The notes beneath the pieces were generated by a model, which searched no databases, had not been told where the DNA came from, and worked only from the letters and a program-made list of their open reading frames with translations. From positions 1 to 59,638 of the forward strand of contig CALDPN010000086.1 of NCBI GenBank assembly GCA_937911235.1: 59,638 nucleotides of DNA, written 5' to 3'. The position numbers were made by a program, and so were the translations under genes. Below, piece by piece: positions 8,852 to 15,880 of this stretch (positions within the stretch are counted from its first letter, which is position 1; every line of letters starts with the position of its first letter). Source of the DNA: an uncultured Bacteroidales bacterium (lineage in GTDB: Bacteria; Bacteroidota; Bacteroidia; Bacteroidales; Paludibacteraceae).

Positions 8852-8883
8852 CTCCTAACTCCTAACTCCTAACTCCTAACTTT
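8836..8883 (+). repeat. tandem heptamer array (AACTCCT) about 6.9 units
   Basis: AACTCCT AACTTCT AACTCCT x4 AACTTT. The E1 stop codon TAA (8849-8851) lies inside the array, and the next ATG (8884) follows it directly. Confidence 0.9.
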
Positions 8884-9666
8884 ATGAAAAACACAAACAT
8901 ATCAGAATTGAGGGCAGAGGTGCTACTAAATCACTTATATCCAGAGCAAACAGATAACTGGATAGTAAGGGATAAGGGTACTTTTTATCGTAATTATAGT
9001 AGCGATATTTTGCAATTAGATGAAAAACTATCTCAAGTTTCTCTTTCACGTGATGGTTTGTTGCGTTTGCTTCCTCAGGGATTGATAAGTGCAGAAGATG
9101 ACCTTAGAGGCAAAGATTTTCCAACAAAATATGAGGAACTTACTCGTCGCAAAAACAACTTAGAAGAACTTTTTGTTCCATTCGATTCTTGGCGTTTTAG
9201 AGATGCAGTAAGAGATGAAGAGGATTTAGCAGACCTACTTGCAAATAAGCTAAATATCTTACTTAAAACATATTACGGAGTAGATATAGAGTCGGAGCAA
9301 AATCCAGATGTGAGAGAACTGATGAAAATGTTGCCTTTAGCAAGTAGTATTCGTGGCAATTATCACAAGATAGGTGATATACTAATGGTCATTTTAAAAC
9401 ATAGAGTTACTACTCACATTTCTTGCTACAATTGGAGCGACAAATTTATTGATACACAACCAATGGTAAGTTACAAGGTTTGGATTTCTAAACTTACAAA
9501 AGAAGAATATATCAGCCTTGAAAAAAATATAGAAGACTTGGTAAGTTTTATTGTTGAATGGTTTATCCCTTTTGATACACGTTGTGTAATAGAACTTAAA
9601 ACCGAAGAAAAAGCTTCGTTAAACCACACAATGCTTCTAAACTATAATACAAAGTTGAGTTTATAA
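8884..9666 (+). CDS. hypothetical protein; possible TssG-like baseplate component (weak)
   Basis: Sits in the operon between the E1 and TssK-like genes. Only faint resemblance (IRGNYHKIGDILMVILKHRV...W) to the central region of TssG. Confidence 0.3.
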   Translation: MKNTNISELRAEVLLNHLYPEQTDNWIVRDKGTFYRNYSSDILQLDEKLSQVSLSRDGLLRLLPQGLISAEDDLRGKDFPTKYEELTRRKNNLEELFVPFDSWRFRDAVRDEEDLADLLANKLNILLKTYYGVDIESEQNPDVRELMKMLPLASSIRGNYHKIGDILMVILKHRVTTHISCYNWSDKFIDTQPMVSYKVWISKLTKEEYISLEKNIEDLVSFIVEWFIPFDTRCVIELKTEEKASLNHTMLLNYNTKLSL

Positions 9667-9688
9667 ATTTTCTAAATACTTAAATAAG

Positions 9689-10831
9689 ATGAATGTAAAT
9701 GCAAAAATAGATTGGCATGCCGGAATGGAGCTTACTGCTCAAACATTTATCGAATTAGACAAATGCTTAGAAAGAAATAGGCAAATAACAAACACAGTAG
9801 CATGTGGAAATCATTTTGGAATCCTTCCTACTACTACATTTTCTTGCAAAGGTGTGTTTGTAAAAAAGACATTGGAGATAACTCCACTTTCATTTATGGC
9901 ACTTATGCCATCTGGTAACCTACTTCATGTAGATGAAAATGTGGTGGTTGATATTCCTATTTTGTATGGAAAGGAATATTATTTAGGTTGCAAGCAAGGT
10001 GATAAAACCCGTAGTTTCGACAAAGAACAAGTGCCTTTTGTATCTCCAGTGGCAGAATGTGGTATTTACACTTTCGAAGATTTGGCGTCTGCTCAGGTGT
10101 TCCCTTTAATGAAATTTAAAGTGAACGAGGGTGTTTTCTCTGTAGATAAAGATTATATACCTCCATTTTTAACCTTAGCTTTAGATACACGTTTTCAAGA
10201 CTATATAAACACTTTTGCTTCAAAAATTTCTGTTTTAGCAAAACATAAAAATCTAGAATCATCAGAGGCGAAACGTTGCTTTCTACGTTATGCAAATGTA
10301 CTTAAAAACTACAGCACTACACATAGAGTTCAACATTTTATAGAACTACTACAAGAAATAGCAGCTGCTGTAGAATTTTATATAGTTCAAGTATTTACAG
10401 AGCATGTAATTGAACAAAAGAGTTATTCTCCATACGATATAGTATCTTACCTAACATGGCTAGATGGATATTTACATGGTGCTGCCACAATTCTAGATGG
10501 AGTTGTGCTAGAAGACAAATCAATAGACTTCGATGCTCTAAAACTACAGGTTAAAGAAGAAATTTACGAAAAAGTTTATCCAGAACTTAAAGAGGCGTTG
10601 TACAATGAATTGCACGAAGAACTTAAGAAAGAAATTTGGGATGAGCTATATTCTTCACTTTCAGATTACATCAATGGTAATTTCAGAAAAGAAATCTTTG
10701 AATTGTTAGAAGGAAGGCTTTCAGAAGAACTATACGAAAAATTGTATAAGACCTTGTACGATGGATTATACAATGCTCTATACGTGCCTGCTCCGGTAGA
10801 GGAAGAAGAAGAGTTTTTACCTTTAATTTAA
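9689..10831 (+). CDS. TssK-like baseplate protein with atypical helical-repeat C-terminus
   Basis: N-terminus IDWHAGMELTAQTFIELD resembles the TssK signature W.EGM.L.PQHFQQ.D. The last ~100 aa are EL/LY-periodic repeats. Confidence 0.45.
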   Translation: MNVNAKIDWHAGMELTAQTFIELDKCLERNRQITNTVACGNHFGILPTTTFSCKGVFVKKTLEITPLSFMALMPSGNLLHVDENVVVDIPILYGKEYYLGCKQGDKTRSFDKEQVPFVSPVAECGIYTFEDLASAQVFPLMKFKVNEGVFSVDKDYIPPFLTLALDTRFQDYINTFASKISVLAKHKNLESSEAKRCFLRYANVLKNYSTTHRVQHFIELLQEIAAAVEFYIVQVFTEHVIEQKSYSPYDIVSYLTWLDGYLHGAATILDGVVLEDKSIDFDALKLQVKEEIYEKVYPELKEALYNELHEELKKEIWDELYSSLSDYINGNFRKEIFELLEGRLSEELYEKLYKTLYDGLYNALYVPAPVEEEEEFLPLI

Positions 10832-10836
10832 AGCTT

Positions 10837-11274
10837 ATGATTACTCGTATTCCACTACAAATAAACTCAGGTGTTTTAGCCACTTATACAGATGTAAAAG
10901 AATCTATTGATGCACATGTAGAGTTGCTACTCACCACACCAGTAGGTAGTTGTGTCTCTGATCCAAACTTTGGTTTTATCTTAAATAATCTACGTTTCGA
11001 GATATTTAACGAAAACGAAGGTGTGGTGTTGAATGCAGACGAAGACCCTTCTGAACTATACGAGAAAAAGGTGTCTGGTTCTTCTAGAAATGTAAACACT
11101 TTTGCTATAGAACTTAAACAACTCATTGAACATTACGAACCAAGACTAGAAGATGTGCTTGTTACAATGTCATATGTGAGAGAGCATCGCAAAATTTACA
11201 TAACTATTAAAGGTGTTATCATAGAAACACAAACAAATTATCAGTATCAAACTTCTATTAGAATTTGGCAATAG
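10837..11274 (+). CDS. GPW/gp25-family baseplate wedge protein (TssE-like)
   Basis: SIDAHVELLLTTPVGSCVSDPNFGF matches the gp25 core I...L.T..G.R...P.FG. Size 145 aa. Confidence 0.7.
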   Translation: MITRIPLQINSGVLATYTDVKESIDAHVELLLTTPVGSCVSDPNFGFILNNLRFEIFNENEGVVLNADEDPSELYEKKVSGSSRNVNTFAIELKQLIEHYEPRLEDVLVTMSYVREHRKIYITIKGVIIETQTNYQYQTSIRIWQ

Positions 11275-11277
11275 ATT

Positions 11278-12972
11278 ATGAGAAAAAAAATATTTGCTAC
11301 AGGAGAGATGGCTAAAGAGCTTCAAAAAGAAGCTATGGCTATTTGGCGTATGGGAAGTAATGAAGAGAACTTTGAGGGGATGGAAAATGACCCAGTGGTC
11401 TCATTACTTATGACAGCCTTGGCGTATCAAGAATATACAGCTGATAATGAACTTTCTCGACTAAAAAATGAGGTACTAGAAGACTTCTCTCGTATGCTTA
11501 TCCCATACGAATTATGTCATGCGAAACCTGCAAGTGTGTTGGTGCGAACAAACACAGAAGAGCAAGTAAATAAGGTGTCGCTTCATTCTGGAATGTCATT
11601 TACGCTTAGTGAAAATAAATTCAATTTTATGCCACTTCTAGATACCACAGTTTACAATGCAAAACTAGACTCAGTGGTGCGACTAGATGCTCGTAGATGG
11701 AAGGTGAGCATAAACTTCAAAGAAGAAATTTCTTCTCTAGAGGGTTTCTCATTCCTTGTTGATAATCACAACTTCAAAGACCTAAACATTAGCCTCGGAG
11801 GTAAACGTATTTCTCTTATAAAACCTTGGCACTATGCAAATTTGCCACTTTCTAAGTGTTTCTCTATAGATTCAATGCTATACAATGAAACCTTGGCATT
11901 TGACGCTAGCACCACATGGTTCGATTTATTTGCTCAGCAAAACAAACGCATGTTTGTGGTAGAAAAATATGCAACAGACGATATTTTTACTTGCCCTGTA
12001 GACAAGATAGATTTAGTTTTTGAATTTGTGGGAATAACAGATGATTTTGTCTTTGATAAATCTCAACTAATCATAAACACAGTTCTACTTGTAAATACAA
12101 GTTTAAAAAATGCTACACTGTCTGTAAACAATCCTATTGTGCGTATTGCCGACGAAGAAGGAAATGCCTCAGAAAAACTTTTGCATTTAATGCGTCCTTC
12201 TTCTGAACAAATGTATAAAAACATTTCTTTCACTCTTCGTCGTTCTGCAATAGAGCGTTTCAATGTGGATAGTTTATTAAGACTTCTACACTGCCTAATA
12301 GACAAATATTCTACAGACTACTACGCATTTATGCAGATAGACAGACTAAAAAATGGTTTAGAAGTAAATCGTTTATATCAATGGCTTGTAAATCTAGCAA
12401 AATACCTAGAAGATTCACCAATGTCTGTGTCTTCTGGTGTGTATTTGTTACTTAAAAAAGGCAAAGATAGTTTGCTTGAAGACGAAAGTCTCACACTACA
12501 ATACCTTATCACTCAAGGTGCTATGATAAACCCATATTTAAGTACACGTGCGCAGTTCAATGTGCCAGTAGGCATCTCAATGCAAAAAACTAGCGTGGTG
12601 GCAGAGCCTGTTTTAGGCTTGGATGAAGTAGTTGGAGTGGATGTTCAAAACTCAATGTCTAGATATTATATGGTCACAAACAACAGACTTGTTACACCTG
12701 CCGATATCAAGATTTTCTGTTACAACGAGCTCCTAAGAAGATACAATATAGATTCTAGTATTATTCGCAATATAGTGGTGACAAATGCAATTCATTCAGA
12801 AAGAGGTCATTGTGGTTTTGAAACCAAAGTAGAGATACTTATTATAGATGATGTATTTGTCAAACGTAGTTTGGCAGGAAAAATAAACGAAGTAGAACTT
12901 ATTCTACAAAAAATGATAGAGGTTCGTAGTTCTTTCGCCTATCCAGTTCAAGTGAATATTCGTATTGTTTAA
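11278..12972 (+). CDS. TssF-like baseplate protein
   Basis: NDPVVSLLMTALAYQEYTADNELSRLKNEVLEDFSRMLIPYELCHAKPASVLV parallels the TssF N-terminal block DP.VERLLEGFAFL.AR....LDD.FP.....LL..L.P..L.P.PS. Size 564 aa. Sits immediately after the gp25-like gene, as in tssE-tssF. Confidence 0.55.
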   Translation: MRKKIFATGEMAKELQKEAMAIWRMGSNEENFEGMENDPVVSLLMTALAYQEYTADNELSRLKNEVLEDFSRMLIPYELCHAKPASVLVRTNTEEQVNKVSLHSGMSFTLSENKFNFMPLLDTTVYNAKLDSVVRLDARRWKVSINFKEEISSLEGFSFLVDNHNFKDLNISLGGKRISLIKPWHYANLPLSKCFSIDSMLYNETLAFDASTTWFDLFAQQNKRMFVVEKYATDDIFTCPVDKIDLVFEFVGITDDFVFDKSQLIINTVLLVNTSLKNATLSVNNPIVRIADEEGNASEKLLHLMRPSSEQMYKNISFTLRRSAIERFNVDSLLRLLHCLIDKYSTDYYAFMQIDRLKNGLEVNRLYQWLVNLAKYLEDSPMSVSSGVYLLLKKGKDSLLEDESLTLQYLITQGAMINPYLSTRAQFNVPVGISMQKTSVVAEPVLGLDEVVGVDVQNSMSRYYMVTNNRLVTPADIKIFCYNELLRRYNIDSSIIRNIVVTNAIHSERGHCGFETKVEILIIDDVFVKRSLAGKINEVELILQKMIEVRSSFAYPVQVNIRIV

Positions 12973-12988
12973 TAAAAAAAATAAGATT

Positions 12989-13306
12989 ATGGAAGAATTT
13001 TTCTTAAACATAGTTTATAAAAACAAGAAGGTACGCTTTCGCATTATAAATCCAGAAGCACCTCTTAGTACGTTAATGAGCAACCTACGCCATGCCATAG
13101 GTAAAGATGGAAGACTTATTTTCGATTTCCCATCTGTAGATAATACAGGTGCTCCACTAGATTATTTCTTTGGAAAAGAAGACGCTGAGATAAATGAAAT
13201 TAGAGTTTTACGTCCAAGAGTAGGTAAAGTGGATCAAACTTTAGCCGACTATAGCATCAAAAATGGCGATACAGTATATTTAATTCCAGACCCATTCCCA
13301 GGATAG
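12989..13306 (+). CDS. small ubiquitin-like (beta-grasp) protein candidate ending in Gly-stop
   Basis: About 105 aa from the ATG at 12989 (the track start at 12965 is TTG). Alternating beta-like segments KVRFRII...LADYSIKNGDTVYLIPDPFPG, with the C-terminal residue Gly directly before TAG. The stop is 2 nt before the E2 start. Confidence 0.5.
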   Translation: MEEFFLNIVYKNKKVRFRIINPEAPLSTLMSNLRHAIGKDGRLIFDFPSVDNTGAPLDYFFGKEDAEINEIRVLRPRVGKVDQTLADYSIKNGDTVYLIPDPFPG

Positions 13307-13308
13307 TT

Positions 13309-13869
13309 ATGAAAGAGTTAACTGGACGAAATAGACGATTGCAACACGAATGGAAAACCTTAGAAAAAAGGCTAGCCTCAAGGTCTGATATAGACTTTTC
13401 CATTTCAAAACTAAATGCACAAGGTATGCCAATAGGCTATGAAGTAACATATCATGTGAAGTCTATTTGTGGAGTTACAAACATAGAAAACTTAGACAAG
13501 CCAGGCATTGATAATGAACCAATATTTGCAGAAGAATTTAAAATGCAAATAGAAATACCAGAAGATTATCCTTGTATAGATGCAATGCCAGAGTTTTGCT
13601 TCAAAACAAAAGATTCAGAGGGCAATTCAATACCTCACCCTTGGCACCCAAATATTAGATATTTTGGAGAAATGGCAGGTAGAGTTTGTTTAAATGCACC
13701 AGATAGTTATATGGATTTGGTATGGTATGTAGAGCGAGTGGCTCTATATCTAAGATACGAACTATATCATGCCAAACAAGAGCCTCCTTATCCAGAAGAT
13801 ATTACTGTGGCACGTTGGGTACTTCGCCAGGGAGAACCAATGAGGTGGATATTTTTTAATCAAAAATAA
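13309..13869 (+). CDS. UBC-fold ubiquitin-conjugating (E2)-like protein
   Basis: EDYPCIDAMPEFCFKT...HPWHPNI (HPN at 13645-13653)...GRVCLNAP (Cys127 at 13687-13689). This reproduces the E2 pattern YP..PP...F...i.HPNi...G.iCLdil. Confidence 0.7.
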   Translation: MKELTGRNRRLQHEWKTLEKRLASRSDIDFSISKLNAQGMPIGYEVTYHVKSICGVTNIENLDKPGIDNEPIFAEEFKMQIEIPEDYPCIDAMPEFCFKTKDSEGNSIPHPWHPNIRYFGEMAGRVCLNAPDSYMDLVWYVERVALYLRYELYHAKQEPPYPEDITVARWVLRQGEPMRWIFFNQK

Positions 13870-13876
13870 TAAAGTG

Positions 13877-15055
13877 ATGAATAAAGCTGTTTGTAAATTA
13901 GTTTGTTCTTTGGTTGTTTTAACAACTGCATTTATGGCATCATGTGCTAGTAAAAAGGCCATTGAAATGCCTATAAAACCATACCAAGTAATAACAGTAT
14001 CAGAAGAAACTCCTTATACAGAAACAATTTCTACCAAAGAAGGGGCTAAAGATATGGATATGCTCCTTAAAATAGAGTATAGCGAGAACGATAATACATT
14101 AAATGTAAGTATTACTTCACAACATCATTTATTTGGTTTTAAAAACAATTCACTTTATAAAAATGTAATCAGAAACAAGAAAATTTCTCTAGTACGACTT
14201 CCATATAAAGTGGTATCAGAACCAGATATGACTTATAGATTGTCTAAAAATATCCGTAATAATATTTCTGGTTGTAACGATAAACATACATTTAAAGCCT
14301 GGATTTCTACTACAGGGTTGCATTCACAAATGTCAGACTATGAAATGGTTACAGAAATTCTAACCCAAAAGTTTGACATTGTAGGCGATACCACTATTAC
14401 AGTTACTTTAGGCGATATTATGATGATGGAGCGTTCGGTATCTAAGAAAAATCGTTACGACCTTACTTTCTATACCAACCTAAACAAATCATATGTGGTA
14501 AATATCAAGCGCAATCCGTGTTTAGGTAAGGAAGCAGAACTAGATTCTACCCAAACTTTGTTGGATGAAATTAAAGAAAACTATACATCACTAGCAAGTA
14601 AATACCCAAATGTTGAGAATCTTACACAAGAAACTCTTTTAGCTTTAGAAGAGGTGAGGGTGAAATTTGAAACTAAATACGAAAAGAAAGAAACTACAAA
14701 TGAATGCCCAGCCATAGCATCTATGCTAGAAAACTATAATACATACGTGGATTCTATAGCAAAACTAGCAGACGTGAAAGCTGAATTTGCTCATAAAAGA
14801 CCAAGACTTTCAATGCCGGCAGACCAACTATTAGCAGTGGCTCGTATGGTAGATACCAATGTGGCTTCATGGCTAGTGTCAAATGACGTGGTAGAAAAAG
14901 CCGATTTAGTTAAGCGAAACAGACACCTTATTGATGATATAAACAAGAAAATATCTAATAAAATGAGAATGGATACAGAGCAAACCAAAGCTTACGCTGT
15001 ATTCAAAAAAGCAGAAAGATACTTCAACGAAACTTGTCAAAACAAAAAGAAATGA
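13877..15055 (+). CDS. lipoprotein, unknown function
   Basis: Signal peptide with lipobox LTTAFMASC. ATG at 13877 (the track start at 13874 is GTG). 4-nt overlap with the next gene. Confidence 0.55.
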   Translation: MNKAVCKLVCSLVVLTTAFMASCASKKAIEMPIKPYQVITVSEETPYTETISTKEGAKDMDMLLKIEYSENDNTLNVSITSQHHLFGFKNNSLYKNVIRNKKISLVRLPYKVVSEPDMTYRLSKNIRNNISGCNDKHTFKAWISTTGLHSQMSDYEMVTEILTQKFDIVGDTTITVTLGDIMMMERSVSKKNRYDLTFYTNLNKSYVVNIKRNPCLGKEAELDSTQTLLDEIKENYTSLASKYPNVENLTQETLLALEEVRVKFETKYEKKETTNECPAIASMLENYNTYVDSIAKLADVKAEFAHKRPRLSMPADQLLAVARMVDTNVASWLVSNDVVEKADLVKRNRHLIDDINKKISNKMRMDTEQTKAYAVFKKAERYFNETCQNKKK

Positions 15056-15873
15056 GAAAGTTTTTTGTCTTAATATTATGCTTTGTTTGCTTTACGGCTA
15101 CTTGGGCGCAAGATACTCCTGCAGAAGCAAAAGTGGACCCATTTGCAGCACTAGAGGTGAGAGGTAGATTGTCTCTTTTTATAGAAGAAATAGAAACATT
15201 ACTTGCCAATGTGTCTTCTGCAAAACAAAAGCAACTTAAAAAAGCAGAAAAGTCGCTTAAAGCAGTAGAAAAGAAGTGGACTTTGTATAGCACTGCTCAT
15301 GGAGATGTTATTGCTTCAGAAGAAAGCCTAATGGAAGTAGTTGTGGCATACGAAGAGCGCAAACAATTATTGGCAGACTCTATAGCATCACAACTTCACA
15401 AACTCGACTCTTACGATAAGTTTGAGAGTGCAGAAGTTTTTATAGAATCTCAAATAGAACCTTATAACGAACTATATAACCAAGCAGTAGAATACTCTAT
15501 GCTAAAACAAACTGCATCACTACTAGAAAAACTTAAAACCAAAGAAGGACTTACTTTTAGTGATATTACAGCTCGTTACGAGGACTCTAAAACTATATCA
15601 GAAGAATATCCAGCCCTTAAAAAGAGAATGGAAGAATTAGAAGAGGAGTATATAGAAATTAAAGGACTTTCAGAAAAAATACAGGCTGCAGAATATAAAC
15701 CATTTCTAACTAGGATAAAAGATTACCTATATAGTTTTGCTGCAGTGGCAATGCTACTTATGTTTGCCAATATGGTACAAGCAAAAATACAAGCATCCCA
15801 ACAAATGCGTAAGAGCGCCAAAGAGTATCAAGAATTATTAAAGAAAAACGAAGAAGAAATACCTTCCATTTAA
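15052..15873 (+). CDS. exported coiled-coil protein with C-terminal membrane anchor
   Basis: ATGA overlap start gives MRKFFVLILCFVCFTATWAQ as signal peptide. Long helical E/K-rich body. Hydrophobic segment YLYSFAAVAMLLMFANMVQA near the C-terminus. Confidence 0.5.
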   Translation: MRKFFVLILCFVCFTATWAQDTPAEAKVDPFAALEVRGRLSLFIEEIETLLANVSSAKQKQLKKAEKSLKAVEKKWTLYSTAHGDVIASEESLMEVVVAYEERKQLLADSIASQLHKLDSYDKFESAEVFIESQIEPYNELYNQAVEYSMLKQTASLLEKLKTKEGLTFSDITARYEDSKTISEEYPALKKRMEELEEEYIEIKGLSEKIQAAEYKPFLTRIKDYLYSFAAVAMLLMFANMVQAKIQASQQMRKSAKEYQELLKKNEEEIPSI

Positions 15874-15880
15874 ATATATA

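Noticed and set aside
8836-8883. The heptamer arrays as a CRISPR array or telomere-like repeats.
   Set aside because: The units are 7 nt with no spacers, so this is not CRISPR. The unit differs from TTAGGG-type telomere repeats, and the arrays are internal and short.
6948-12972. A complete type VI secretion locus or a prophage/tailocin tail module.
   Set aside because: Only wedge-type (TssE/F/K-like) and PAAR-like genes are present. No sheath, tube, VgrG/spike, tape measure, ClpV, TssM, capsid, terminase or integrase is recognisable anywhere in the window.
12989-13306. A eukaryote-derived ubiquitin like the Bacteroides fragilis BfUbb.
   Set aside because: The sequence has no resemblance to the MQIFVKTLTGK...LRLRGG ubiquitin sequence. 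Only a generic beta-grasp-like pattern and the terminal Gly support a Ubl call.
7631-13869. The E1-like gene plus the small Gly-terminated protein could be an ordinary MoeB/ThiF-MoaD/ThiS sulfur-carrier pair for cofactor biosynthesis.
   Set aside because: There are no thiG/thiH/thiF-context or moaE/moaA genes nearby, and the E1 has no rhodanese domain. The small protein is followed 2 nt later by a protein with the UBC HPN...C signature, and the operon also has a RING-like finger. The sulfur-carrier reading leaves these features unexplained.
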